A stretch of 64,000 bases of DNA, taken from positions 15,512 to 79,511 of the forward strand of contig JBJXGI010000053.1 in the NCBI GenBank assembly GCA_046153645.1, written 5' to 3'. Source of the stretch: Elusimicrobiota bacterium. GTDB lineage: Bacteria; Elusimicrobiota; Elusimicrobia; F11. The position numbers and the translations under genes were made by a program. Below are positions 1 to 11,800 of the stretch, in pieces (the first letter of the stretch is position 1; every line of letters starts with the position of its first letter). Below the pieces are notes generated by a model, which was not told the DNA's origin, searched no databases, and saw nothing but the letters and a program-made list of their open reading frames with translations.

Positions 1-711
1 CAATTCAAAATTATTGATATCGTGCCCTTCGCTATCTAGTTTATAAACTCTTTCCCTGAACCAAGAATAGGTGTTTAGTTTATTGTAAGTCACACAAGGA
101 CTCATAACAACAACAAGAGAAAACCCTTTATGGGCAATAGCTTTTTCCATGATAGAAGCAAGTTGCACACCATCACCTGAAAAACCGCGAGCCACAAATG
201 AAGCACCCGCCATCAAAGCAACGCCTTCAGGATTAAATGGGAATTCAAAGTTTCCATTGGGAGTTGATTTTGTTTTGTGCAATCGATGAGTTGTCGGAGA
301 AGCTTGACCTGTGGTTAAACCATATATTTGGTTATTCATAACAATATAAGTTAAATTCACATTTCTTCTCATTGCATGAATGAAATGACCTACTCCGATA
401 CCAAAACCGTCTCCGTCTCCACCAGTCACAACCACATTTAAATCAGGATTGGCAAGTTTCATTCCAGTAGCAACTCCGATAGAACGACCATGAAGGCTAT
501 GGAAACCATAAGAGCGAATAAACCCTGGAAGGTTTGATGAACATCCGATCCCGGAAACAACCATCAAATCTTTAGGCTGAATACCAAGATTTGAAACGGA
601 TTTTTGAAGGGCACTTAAAACACCGAAATCGCCGCATCCCGGACACCAATCGGGTGAAACTTTCGATTTAAATTCTGCTAATGGTACCGGTGTAGCTGTT
701 GCTGTTGACAT
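1..711 (-). CDS. korB: 2-oxoacid:ferredoxin oxidoreductase, beta (TPP-binding) subunit; C-terminus lies beyond the left window edge
   Basis: Not in the ORF track because there is no stop inside the window. My translation of the minus strand from ATG 711-709 reads MSTATATPVPLAEFKSKVSPDWCPGCGDFGVLSALQK...VVVTGGDGDGFGIG, which carries the CPGCG and GDG thiamine-PP motifs of KorB/OorB-type subunits. GGAG lies about 6 nt upstream. The gene sits 25 nt downstream of the alpha-subunit gene. Confidence 0.85.
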   Translation of the reverse strand, partial: MSTATATPVPLAEFKSKVSPDWCPGCGDFGVLSALQKSVSNLGIQPKDLMVVSGIGCSSNLPGFIRSYGFHSLHGRSIGVATGMKLANPDLNVVVTGGDGDGFGIGVGHFIHAMRRNVNLTYIVMNNQIYGLTTGQASPTTHRLHKTKSTPNGNFEFPFNPEGVALMAGASFVARGFSGDGVQLASIMEKAIAHKGFSLVVVMSPCVTYNKLNTYSWFRERVYKLDSEGHDINNFEL

Positions 712-736
712 TGAAATCTCCTTTTAATCCTAAATT

Positions 737-2572
737 TTAACGAGAGCCGGCGAGTTCAGCTACCTTAGAAGTAGCTTTCCCATCTAAACAGGCTTCCACT
801 TGTGCAAGTAAACCTTCAAGCGTATAAGGTTCACCGTCATATTTATTAATGAAGTGATTCATATTGTAGCCAGTTTCCATTCGGATCACTTTTGCCATTT
901 GGCTAGAAAAATTAACTTCAACATTAATGGTTTTTTTGCAGGCATTCAGCAACTTTGAAGTCTCTTCTGCGTGCAAGGGCCAGACCGTTCTAAAATGGAT
1001 ATGGTTAACAATTCTGCCTTTTTTCTCTAAAGCAAAACGAACTTCTTCGAGAATTTGATAGGTTGAACCCCATCCGACAAGGGTAGCATCCGCATTCTTC
1101 GGACCCGTAACAATAGGACCTGCTGTATCTTTTTCAATTCCCACCATTTTGCGCATGCGTTTATTCATCATTTTAACGCGAGTGGCTTCATCAGTGAAAA
1201 CGTCAGAAATAACAATACCTTCTTCATCGTGTTCATCAGAAGCAGCGACAAACAAAGTATTTTCAGTTCCAGGGAAAGCGCGGGGAGAAACACCACTGGG
1301 CGTATCTTTAAATCTTAAATAATCCCCAGGATTTTTTTCGAGATGACCCTCTTTGACTGTGAGAGCAGGATCAGAAGGTTTCCAAGAAATAACAATTTCA
1401 CCTCTTTCAATTTTGATATTGGGATGAACCAATCCATCATCAATTGTTTCAGCATGCTCAGAAAGATAAAGGTCGGAAGCGATAATAACGGGGATTTGAT
1501 ATTTTTCAGCTAAATTCATGGCATCAACACTGGCGTGATAACAATCTTCTACGGTAATAGGTGCAATGATCGCCTTGGGATAATCACCTTGACTTGCTCC
1601 AATATCTTGGAAAAGATCACCTTGCTCTGATTTAGTAGGAAGGCCGGTTGAAGGACCGCCTCTCATAACGTGAATAACAACGCAAGGAGTTTCAGTCATA
1701 GCAGCCAAACCGATCGCTTCGGTCATAAGTGCAAACCCACCACCGGAGGTTCCCGTCATTGATCTTGCACCAACATGTCCAGCGCCAACAGTGGAATTCA
1801 TAGCTGCAATTTCATCTTCCATCTGCTTCATGACCATTCCATATTTTGCCGCACGAGGAGCCAACCAATGCATAACACTAGAAGCAGGGGTCATGGGATA
1901 AGCAGAATAAAACTTACATCCACCAGCAAGCGCTCCAAAAGCAAGCATGGAGTTTCCGGTTGAAATGGCTCGTTTTTTGCCATCCCCTTTAAATTTAACA
2001 TCAAGCGCTTTAAATTGAGACTGCGCAAATTCTTTACCCTTTGTGGCAAGTTTCATATTAAGGTCAGCAATTTCAGTTTTTTTGCTTCCAAAAATGGACC
2101 GAAGTGCACTTTCATAAGTTGCCCAATCAAGACCCAAAATCTGGATCAAGGCACCAGAATCAACTGTATTTTGCATGACGGGGTTTCTTCCAAATTCTTG
2201 AGTGAGTTCATCAACGGGGATTCCGATAATCTGGACATTTTTGCGGATTTTGAGGTTTTCTACTTTAATTTTATCTTTGTTGAAAATAATAGCGCCGTTT
2301 TCAGCTACTTTTTCTGCATGACGGTCAATGGTATCTTGGTTAAGAGCTACGAGCACATCGGGTTGATCACCTTGAGAGAGCACTTTGTCTCCACCACCAA
2401 TTTGTACTTGGTAGTACACATGGCCTCCGCGAATAACCGATTGATAACTGTTATAGGCAAAAACCCATAATCCCATTCTGGAAGCTGTTTTACAGAAAAT
2501 ATCTCCTGTAGAAGCAATTCCTTCTCCAGCAGCTCCTCCAATCCATACTACAGCGCGGCTTTTCGTAGACAT
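737..2572 (-). CDS. korA: 2-oxoacid:ferredoxin oxidoreductase, alpha subunit (gamma-like domain fused N-terminally)
   Basis: 611-aa ORF. The N-terminus (IGGAAGEGIASTGDIF...) resembles the gamma domain. It is followed by alpha-domain motifs (AYPMTPASS, GGPSTGLPTK). The gene lies directly upstream of the beta subunit. Confidence 0.9.
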   Translation of the reverse strand: MSTKSRAVVWIGGAAGEGIASTGDIFCKTASRMGLWVFAYNSYQSVIRGGHVYYQVQIGGGDKVLSQGDQPDVLVALNQDTIDRHAEKVAENGAIIFNKDKIKVENLKIRKNVQIIGIPVDELTQEFGRNPVMQNTVDSGALIQILGLDWATYESALRSIFGSKKTEIADLNMKLATKGKEFAQSQFKALDVKFKGDGKKRAISTGNSMLAFGALAGGCKFYSAYPMTPASSVMHWLAPRAAKYGMVMKQMEDEIAAMNSTVGAGHVGARSMTGTSGGGFALMTEAIGLAAMTETPCVVIHVMRGGPSTGLPTKSEQGDLFQDIGASQGDYPKAIIAPITVEDCYHASVDAMNLAEKYQIPVIIASDLYLSEHAETIDDGLVHPNIKIERGEIVISWKPSDPALTVKEGHLEKNPGDYLRFKDTPSGVSPRAFPGTENTLFVAASDEHDEEGIVISDVFTDEATRVKMMNKRMRKMVGIEKDTAGPIVTGPKNADATLVGWGSTYQILEEVRFALEKKGRIVNHIHFRTVWPLHAEETSKLLNACKKTINVEVNFSSQMAKVIRMETGYNMNHFINKYDGEPYTLEGLLAQVEACLDGKATSKVAELAGSR

Positions 2573-2733
2573 AAAATCTCCTTCGTATATAACCCCTTCG
2601 GTGGTTGAGTCTTGTTCCGTTCATCTATTTGTCGATGACATTTGCCTTTAGATGGGCAAGTTGGGGAGGTAATGGCAGGGAAAATATCAAAATGGATTTC
2701 AGGTGTCAACGAAATAACCACCTCAGCTGCGCC

Positions 2734-3153
2734 TTACCCCTTTACCCCGCAATGTTTTTCAAGCACCGATAAACGGTATTCGTGGATAATTGCGTTTCTA
2801 TCGAGACTAGCAGTGCCAGCGGCAAACGCATCAACTTGATCCAATATTTTTTGGATATCGTTTTTCGTAGCCATCGTTTCACGGATCTCTTTTACATCTT
2901 CCTGAGTTTTGACCAGAGCAAAAGCAATTCTATTGACTTTTTGATCTAACCCCTCAAATTTTTGATCTAGTCCCTCAAAACGCTGATCCATCTTATCGAA
3001 ACGCTGATCCATCCTATCTAAACGTCCATCCATCTGATCAAAGCGCTGGTCAACTTGTTCAAAACGCTGGTCAATTTGTTTAAACTGATCTTGTATTTGC
3101 TGGTTCTTTTCGAGAAACAACTTTGTAGTTACATATTTTTCATTTTCTTTCAT
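2734..3153 (-). CDS. small coiled-coil protein with seven tandem heptads (DQRFxxx); function unknown
   Basis: 139-aa ORF. The translation contains QIDQRFEQVDQRFDQMDGRLDRMDQRFDKMDQRFEGLDQKFEGLDQK. GGAG-like sequence (ggagaacacaa) precedes the ATG. Confidence 0.6.
   Translation of the reverse strand: MKENEKYVTTKLFLEKNQQIQDQFKQIDQRFEQVDQRFDQMDGRLDRMDQRFDKMDQRFEGLDQKFEGLDQKVNRIAFALVKTQEDVKEIRETMATKNDIQKILDQVDAFAAGTASLDRNAIIHEYRLSVLEKHCGVKG
2939..3085 (-). repeat. 21-bp tandem repeat, about 7 units, inside the coiled-coil gene
   Basis: Plus-strand units read in register: ttttgatctaacccctcaaat / ttttgatctagtccctcaaaa / cgctgatccatcttatcgaaa / cgctgatccatcctatctaaa / cgtccatccatctgatcaaag / cgctggtcaacttgttcaaaa / cgctggtcaatttgtttaaac. 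Confidence 0.8.
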
Positions 3154-3279
3154 TTGTGTTCTCCCTTTTTCGGAGGGTTCAATTTTTGAGGGGGAGCGTA
3201 TTCTAGCAGGACTAATAAAAAAGTCAAAATATTTCGTTAATAATCTTGCAAGTTTGTATTTTCAGATTAAAATAACAAC

Positions 3280-3861
3280 ATGGATTTATTTTTACTCGCA
3301 TTTTTACCTTTGTTTGTAGCCATCGACCCTTTTGGGATTATCCCTCTTTTTCTGGGGTTCACCGAAGGGTCAACCAGTGCAGAGAAAAAGAAATTAGCCA
3401 TCCAAGCCATTACAACGGCTTTTGTGGTGGGTCTTATTTTTTCAATCGCCGGAAAAATGCTTTTTAAAATCCTAGGGGTCTCCCCAGAAGATTTTCAAAT
3501 TGGAGGAGGACTGCTTCTCCTTATATATTCCATTCGCGAAATTTTTGGGCCTACACTGAAGATGACAGACAACCTTTCCTCTGATCGTCTTATTGGCATT
3601 GTACCGCTTGGCGTTCCTCTGATTGCGGGACCTGCCATGATGACAACCATCCTCATCCTTCATACCAGCTATGGCTTCTGGATTACAACGGCCGCTCTTG
3701 TCGCCAACATGGCCATTACCCTTGGGTTTTTATTATTTTCAGAAAAACTCGTTGAATTTATTGGAGAAATGCCCATGAAAGCCCTCGCCAAAGTGGTGGC
3801 CATCTTTTTGGCAGCTATTGGGGTGATGATGATACGGAAAGGGGTGATGGCGTTTTTTTAG
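3280..3861 (+). CDS. MarC/UPF0056 family integral membrane protein
   Basis: 193-aa ORF, hydrophobic throughout. The N-terminal FVAIDPFGIIPLFLGF motif is typical of the MarC family. Confidence 0.8.
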   Translation: MDLFLLAFLPLFVAIDPFGIIPLFLGFTEGSTSAEKKKLAIQAITTAFVVGLIFSIAGKMLFKILGVSPEDFQIGGGLLLLIYSIREIFGPTLKMTDNLSSDRLIGIVPLGVPLIAGPAMMTTILILHTSYGFWITTAALVANMAITLGFLLFSEKLVEFIGEMPMKALAKVVAIFLAAIGVMMIRKGVMAFF

Positions 3862-3880
3862 TTAAATTATGTTATCTAGT

Positions 3881-5812
3881 CTAAACACTAATAATTGAAA
3901 CTGGTAAAACCTTAAAAAATTCTTTTCGAGTTGTGATCAGATTAAGATTGGAACCCAAAATCGATTCTAATTCTTTTAAAGAGCCCTTAAATTCGCCAGC
4001 CTCTAATGACAACCCTAAATCAATAGCAGTTTGAATGGCGAACTCTAATATCTGTTTTTCAGCCAAATAAGCCCCAGCTGAATGAAGTGAACGAATCGCT
4101 TGAAGAAAATGCTTTTCACTAAAATGCCCGTTTTTTTTCTGTTCGATAAAAGCACGTATACCTAAGCATTTAGCCCGAATTCCGCGGGCATTCATAAGAC
4201 GAGTTTCTGCCTCTATTTTTGACAATTTTTGCAACACATCTTGCCCCTCTAACGTACATGCCTCTAATTGAATTAAGCCAAGTCGTGCGTTAATTTCAAT
4301 AAATTTCTGAGAATATTCAATCCCACACTGCGCTGCTTGTTTCCAGTTTTCAACAGCGGCACTCATATTTTTTTGACAAACCTGCAATTCCCCTTGAATC
4401 AAATTCCATTCGGCCAAAAAACGATCAGCCTTACATTCTTTAATCATCTTACCGACCGATATTAATTTTTCTTTTGCTTCAGAAAATTGATCTTTACAAA
4501 TAAAGTACTTTGCTTCTAAAAGGCCAAACTCTATATCAAACTCCTTCGATTTTATTGTACCTTGAAGATCTTTTATCATCCCCTGTTGACGGGCAAACGC
4601 CTCTAAATCGCCTTGAGTTAAACTCAAATTTAATTTCCCAAGTTCTGCCTTGGCCAATAACGGTTTGTTGTCTATTTGATTTGCAATTTCTATGACCTTA
4701 TTGAAACACTCTCTCGCATGTACTGAATCTGTCAAAAGAGCATAGGCAATACCCAAATCATTTTCAGACCACCCAATTCCAACTCTCCAATATAAATCTG
4801 AATGTAACCCAATCGCCTGATTAAAAATTTGCCATGCTTTGACAATAAACCCTTGATCACGAAGAATTTGAGCAATCTGAAAAAGAGTCCACGCCATTCC
4901 ATTACTTTCTCTTAAGGGCCCAAAAATTTTGAGCGCTTTTCGGTTCAATTGATAAGCCTCCGATACTTTTCCTCGCTGCCGAATAATGGCTGCCAGATGT
5001 AAACAACAATAAGCGACTCGGTCTATAAGATCCATGGATTCATATAGATTTTTTGCTTCCAAAATATATTTTTCAGCTAAATCAAATTGGCACAAACTGC
5101 GGTAAATCGTTCCTAATCCCAAAAGACTCCAAGCAAGTCCATTTTGGCTATGAACCTCTCGCATTTTTGAGATGGCATATTGATAAGATTCAATAGATTT
5201 TTGATGTTCCCCAGAATCCTGATAGATGGTGGCAAAAGTACATGAGTTCCAGGCAAGCCCTACATCTGAAGAAAATTCCAAAAAAATAGCTTTGGCTTTT
5301 TTCGCATAAATAATGGCCTCTCGACGCTGGCCACGGTTAAAAAACACCATCGCAATATTGTCATAGGCCCAGCCGAGTTCGAAGGTGGCGCCTAACCCTT
5401 GAAAAAGCGTCAGCGCTTTATGAGCATATTCCATAGCCAGCGAATTTCGCACCAATTCTCTATTGGCAAAAGATAGTTCTTGATAAACAAATGCAAGTCC
5501 GTAATCGTGTGAAATTTTAAGAAAAATATCTTTCGCAAGAGTTAGAACTTTCACCATCTCATGATATTGTCGTTGACCCTGATAAACACTCGCCATATTT
5601 ACGAGAGAAAAACCAGCGCGAACATCATCAGATGAAACCCGCGCTTTATTAAATTGGCGATTTAGCTCTTTTAGTTTTGCGTTCGCTACTTTTCTTGAAA
5701 ATGACTCAACAGATTCCAGAAAGGAAAGAGTTTCCCGAATAAAATACTGTGAAACATCATTGGCCTGTTTTAATTGTGAAAAATTATTTTGTTTCTTCTT
5801 AAGTTGATTCAT
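3881..5812 (-). CDS. TPR-repeat protein
   Basis: 643-aa ORF with many roughly 40-aa units of the pattern GxAWxxxxxAxxYxxxGxxxxAxxxxxxA (GLAWNSCTFATIYQDSG, GLAWSLLGLGTIYRSL, GMAWTLFQIAQILRDQG). It starts 7 nt after the stop of the 2119-aa gene, so the two are probably co-transcribed. Confidence 0.75.
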   Translation of the reverse strand: MNQLKKKQNNFSQLKQANDVSQYFIRETLSFLESVESFSRKVANAKLKELNRQFNKARVSSDDVRAGFSLVNMASVYQGQRQYHEMVKVLTLAKDIFLKISHDYGLAFVYQELSFANRELVRNSLAMEYAHKALTLFQGLGATFELGWAYDNIAMVFFNRGQRREAIIYAKKAKAIFLEFSSDVGLAWNSCTFATIYQDSGEHQKSIESYQYAISKMREVHSQNGLAWSLLGLGTIYRSLCQFDLAEKYILEAKNLYESMDLIDRVAYCCLHLAAIIRQRGKVSEAYQLNRKALKIFGPLRESNGMAWTLFQIAQILRDQGFIVKAWQIFNQAIGLHSDLYWRVGIGWSENDLGIAYALLTDSVHARECFNKVIEIANQIDNKPLLAKAELGKLNLSLTQGDLEAFARQQGMIKDLQGTIKSKEFDIEFGLLEAKYFICKDQFSEAKEKLISVGKMIKECKADRFLAEWNLIQGELQVCQKNMSAAVENWKQAAQCGIEYSQKFIEINARLGLIQLEACTLEGQDVLQKLSKIEAETRLMNARGIRAKCLGIRAFIEQKKNGHFSEKHFLQAIRSLHSAGAYLAEKQILEFAIQTAIDLGLSLEAGEFKGSLKELESILGSNLNLITTRKEFFKVLPVSIISV

Positions 5813-5818
5813 AAATTA

Positions 5819-8800
5819 TTAAGCCATTTTAAGATGCTGTTTAAATCTTCGAGTCCTATTATCTAAATATTTTTCGCCATAAGGGCGATTCTTTTTTGAC
5901 ACTGCTTTCACTCCGTATTTATCTTTTAAGAAGTGTGGTTTCATTGCTCTCAAGACCCAGACAATGCAACATAAACTCAAAATTCCAAGAAGCGCACCTA
6001 CGGGAAACCCGTCAAAAACCCAAGGCGAAACATAACCATCAACAGAATCTATAGAAAGTGCTAAAAAAGGCAAGAGAAATATCGCATGCGAAAATAGAAA
6101 TTGACCTTTTTCGGGTAATGACCCCTGAGAAGGAATTATTTCTCCCAAAGTAACTTTCAAATTTTGATCAATCGTAATTTTCACATTTTCAAAATGCCAT
6201 GCTTCTTTCTCAGATTCCAAAAAGGTTCCTCCGTTAAGAATCAAACGTACTCTTTTTCTATATTTGAACAAATCCGGTTGACTTGCGATCAACTGAGAGA
6301 GATCAATCTCCCGATTAACTGACCTCGCATCAATCTCAACAACTCCTGAAAAACTCATATCAGGGAATTTCACCTTCCCATGAACCGTTAGTTTTCTAAG
6401 TCCTCTGATAAGCAGTTGTTCGCCGAAAGCGGCCCGAGCGGTGGGAATAGGCTTATAATAAGTATTACTTGGATCTGTTGGATTTAAAATAAAAGCCGGA
6501 ATGGGATCATTAGGATACATGTCGTGGAACATATCTTCCGCGGAGTCATAAACGAATCGATCCGTTCCTGTCAATACCGCGTAATCTACCGCCAATTTAA
6601 TCGGGGAGAAATTTTTAAAACGTTGGCTCACATCTTTTTCGTCCAAGTCAACCACTTTGACAAGATAGGAATGCCCGGTCACTGTCAATAATATATTTTT
6701 AGCGGTTTTATTGGTTTGTATATATCGGTTGAGCCCCAAAACAACGGAGGCCAAACCTCCGTCTAAGTTTGCAAATCCGTCTTTATTAAAGTCTCGACGA
6801 ATGAGGACCGGAGTTAAAATTTCAGCCAATCTAATATCACCTAATTCTTTGTCCCCATACCCTAAAGAGAGAGATAAACGATGCAAAATTTCACCGATTA
6901 CATATTCGTTAATATAAAGCATGTTTGTATTAAATTTTTGATTCCGAACCTTACGAGGATCTCCTGGTTGTCCTGCCATTAAAAACTCTGTTTTTTGGCC
7001 CGCATCAACCGCCTGTTGAAACTCCATCAGATCTAATAACCATTGCTTAGAATGTTCATCATAAACAGCGCCAAACTTCCCTCCTTTAATATCGGCTTCT
7101 TGAGCTGTCACCGCTACCAACGAAAGAGGAATTTTATTTTTGATCATATCCGCCATATTATTTTCATCCATATGGCTGTTGAGGTTATCTCCATTGGCAA
7201 TCACCCGAACATGTGGCGTCACACTGCCACCATGAGACATTGTTTCTCGATACATTTTCATGGCATGAAACAAGAAATGAAAAGCAGGATGACCATGCCC
7301 TCCTGTTTGATGCGTTTTATGATCTACAGGCTGACTTGTACTTAAAGACAGATCATCTCTTACAACCTTGGGTAATTTCTTTTGATAAGTATAACCATAA
7401 TCGATCCCATCATTTCTTAAAACTTTTCTATTTGAATCGATTGGTTGTCCATCTTCATTACGGTGTCGTTGGTCTTCGTTGGCGACCTCAAGAAGTTCAT
7501 CGGTATAATACGTTTCCGTTTCCTTACTAACATAAGGTTCATACACAACACGTGCTATTTTCCGAACACCTTTTTTGAACTTCTTCATGAATTGCGATAA
7601 TCCTCCCATAGCAAGAGTGATCTTTTTCTTTTGTAAGTCTCCGTCTCTATTGACATAACCCTTTTCAAACATCAAATCGACGCCTTTTGAGCGTAGCACC
7701 TCAGCATCTCTTGGCATGCTCTCACCAATTCCGCCCTCTAAACGTGTAAAAGTTGCAGTCGCATTTTGAAGCACATCCAAATCAGGATCTCTCGAAATAT
7801 CATCATAGGGAATAAAACCCAAATTCGCTTGCTCTGCATCTGTTAACATGGAATACATGAGAAAATTTCCATTAGGATTGTCTCTATCTAGAATCATTTT
7901 TCTTTTCATCTTATCTGGATTCATATTAACCCGATATCCCATGTTTTTCTGATATTCAAATCGAAAAAAAGAAACTAAATATTGAGATACATTTCTTAAA
8001 TTGTGCAAAGGACCCACAGGCATTTCAACATACTGCCGGTACAAGCCCAATAAATACAGAAAATCGGGAGATCCTTTTTCAATTCCAGCCGCGGCGGCAG
8101 CCTTTTCGATATTTTCTTGAGACACAGGCGGAACCCCCTGAAACATTTGAATCTGTTTTTTTAGATAATTCCAAAAAAATACTTCGTATTTTACTCCGTT
8201 TTTACTTCCCAAAAATTGCCTTACTAATTTTACGGCAACAAAAAGCGTTGTTATAAAGGACCTCCCTATGGCAACAATTTTTTTAGGGGATGGCCGGTAA
8301 GAAGAAGATTGCAATTGTTTTAATTTGTGCAAATCAAACGTAGGTACTGGAGAAACGCTTGAAGTTAGCGGCGCGTCTAAAACAACGGGATCATGATTAT
8401 TGGATAACAATGACCAGCTCCACGTCATAGAAAAAGTTCCTAATAAAAAAATTAAAAACAAAATAAAAAGAAGAGCGGGCGACAAATCATCCAAATGAGA
8501 AACAAAAGCTCTTGAAAACAAAGAGAAACTCAAGACATACCCTACACTCAAAGTGAAAGCATCAAATCGTCCCGAAAATTTCGAATTACTATTCAAAATA
8601 AATTTCTTTAGCAATAAGGGCAGAAGCAAAACAATACTTAAAAGTGAAAAATAAGAAATTCCAAATGCGACATAGCCTCCCTCAGAGAGAGAAACAAAAG
8701 ATCGGAGAGATAGCACCGCAAAACCAACGATAGAAAAAAGAGAAAAAACAATTGCCAATTTCTGAAATGATAAAAATTTATTGTCCTCTTTTTCATTAGG

Positions 8801-11800
8801 AATTTTTTCTCGGTATAAATCATATAGTGTTAACAGCTTTTTCTTAGCCTCTAACAGTTCGTTACCAATAACCTTTTCAGAGGGAAAAGTAAAAGGACCA
8901 TCTGGAGAGGCTCTAGAATACGCTTCCATTTTCTCCAACTGTTTCACCATATCATCCACCATTACTAATAAATCTTCATCGGCCAATTCGTCATCTTTAG
9001 ACATCTGATCAAGATCTATATCATAAGGTGCCAAACTATAGACTTTTTCATAAGGTAACCAGTATTGTTGTGGGAAGGTATCAGTGGCTCTTTGTTGAAA
9101 AGAAGGAACAGTCAACAACAAGAAGTTTTTTGGAAGAAAGGGCATTAATTCTGATCTTAAACCACCAGGCTCATCAGAACCTAGTCGCTTCTCTATTTCA
9201 AGCATTTCTTTTTTTTCTGTCTCGTTTTTATTTTTATTTTCTTTTAATTCTAACAATCTTACTAAAAGCTCTTTCCAAGCTTTATCTTCTGGAATTCGAT
9301 CCAAAGAATCCTTAAGAATAACTTTAGAAGTAAATTCAATATTTTGTCCCGTATTAGTGGATTCTACTTCTAGTTCGATCATTGAACGAATGCGTTCTAA
9401 TTCCTTTTTACTTCCCATTAAATCCCACCAAAACATTTCTATTAGTGTTAAAAATCGGGCTTTCAGCGAATGCATATTCTGATATTTTCTTTGACATCTT
9501 GATTCTTCACGCTGCCTTAGTAACAGGCGACATTGTTTTATAAAAATACTCTTAAAAAAACTGGCTTCTGTCTGCCCCCATTCTTTTGGGGTTCGATGCC
9601 CACCTTTGCCAGTAAAAATAATTCTCTTAATTTGGTTTTGACTTTCAATTTCAAATAATATGCGAGCCGCATATTCAGGAACTCGAAGAAAATGAGATCC
9701 TAAAATAATCATGGTATCGACATCTCTAATATTTTTTTTATCCAAAGGTCTCTGCAAAAGACCCAGCGGAACTGGTAGATCTTCTTGACGAAATTTTATT
9801 TTTTCTACAGCAGAAGAGTGTATTAAAAGAGATCTGTCACTAAAAAAACTAACAACAGGTTGCAAATTTCTAATGATTGCTGACCGAGCATTGGAGGTCA
9901 AAAACGAATTTATTTTATTCTCATGTAACTGCAATCGACTTAAAAAAGAATGCGGAAAACCCAGAATGAAAGTAGTTAAGATAAATAAGCCAACTGCCAA
10001 CGGGAAGGAAATCACATTTAAAATGAAAAGTTTTATTATCAGAGGAAATAAAGGAATAAAAATAAAACTGACTGAGACCCTCAAAGTAGCCAAAGCAGAG
10101 ATCAATATACCCCACATAGGCTGTTTATTAGCTTGCATGACTCCAGTTGCCAAATGGAATAAAAAAACAAAAATAATTGCGATTGTTGCGACATAAGCGC
10201 TTTGAACAAAAATAACTGAAAACCATTCCGCTGAAAAAGAGTTTAAACCTTGGGCAATAAGCTGGTATTTCTCAGCAAGAACAAAAAACGGGCCAATCAA
10301 TAAGGGGATAAGCATTGATTCTATTTGCAAGGTACGATCAAGCTTCATTTTTCGCCCTAATACCCAAATGCCCATTAAACCAGGTGATGAGGGCTGAACC
10401 CGAACGGAAACTCGTTTGCCATCAAGCATCAAAGTTTCTGAAGGCGGAGAATTTAAGGAGGAATCTCCAATTGTCATTTCAAGCTCTGCTGAACCTATTT
10501 TCCCCGCAATTTTTTCTCCAGAGCCAAGACGAGACAAAAGCGAGAGATAAAGGTAATACATCATTGAAGAAAGCATCGCTGGCTTACTATTGGCGCCAAT
10601 GAGAAGTTTTTGTGGGATTAAAGATAGATATTGTGCAGAAATTAATTTTTCAAGCGGCGTTTTCTCTTGATGAAATAAGGAAAAATATTCGGGCGTAGTA
10701 CCAACCTCAATTGACCGCACTTTAGGGGTTAAAATAATCGTATGACATCTATCCTGAAGAATCTCTTTCATTTCCGGAACATGAAATCCTCCCCCGATAA
10801 AGACAACAGGTTTTCTTTTTTCATTTCCGTTGCTCAAATTTTCCAGAATATTCTGAGCCATTTTAATACTGCGTAAATCAGCCGTCTCATAAAAGAGAGC
10901 ATGGGGTGAATAAGGAGAACTTTTAGGGATTTTTCCTTTTAATTTCTTCGATTCAAAAGGGGTCATACTGAAAAACAATAACTTTTCAAGTAAATAAAAA
11001 TCTTCAGATTGTTCAACTACTTTCTTTTCAATTTCATTTTGAATTAACTGGCGATAAGATAGCTGAATCGCGTTATCAACCTCTTCAAACAATTGGCTTC
11101 CATCAATTTCTTCAATGATTCCTAAGTATTTTTCATACTCCAAAAGAACAGAATATTGCCTGACATCAATCCTTTTCTGGTGTGCCAGGTCAAAAAGTTT
11201 TTTTAAATAATGCTGGAGAGAGATTTTTTTCTGCTGTAAAAAAAACGAGAAATGCAGTAAGAATTCTTTTTCTTTTTGATTAGAAACATTCCCAAGCTCT
11301 GTCAAAAATAATACTTTCTCTTTCTCAATCTGTTTGAAATCCAACCCCAATTCAACAAGAGAAGCCTGCTGGAATCGTGCCAAGTTTTTAAAGTTTGCAA
11401 TAGAGGAAAAAACAAAACGACTCGACAAAAAATTCAACAAGGTTATTTTATTTTTTCGATACTGATAAACCAATTGGTCAAATGACAAAAGAGCTGAATT
11501 AAACACAATGGTTTTTTCTCTATGAAGAGAATGTACATCATCTAAAAATTCCTGAAGAAGCGCCTCACCAGAAGAGACAGCTGATAAATAGTGTTTTAAA
11601 TTTTCTTGGTATAAATTTTCTTCATCCACACCAAAAACAGAGACAAACGACTCTTCCGTTAACCCAATAAAACTGATTCCAGCTATTTTCTTTGTTTTCA
11701 AAAAAGCTTCAGCAACCTTTCTTCTTAATTCGAGCGAGAATTTCCTAAAAGAACCAAATTGAAAATAACCTTGAGCGCCCTCGACATAAACACCACCAAT

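Noticed and set aside
1775-2541. Several short ORFs (1775-1963 plus, 2015-2470 plus, 2347-2541 minus) overlapping korA
   Set aside because: They lie antisense or out of frame within a well-supported conserved gene, and their translations are low-complexity. The same reasoning applies to the other nested ORFs in the track, for example 6711-6917, 7043-7530, 9873-10196, 15841-16197, 24259-24616, 31091-31327, 37225-37620, 42459-42857, 47722-48156, 56897-57334 and 63229-63660.
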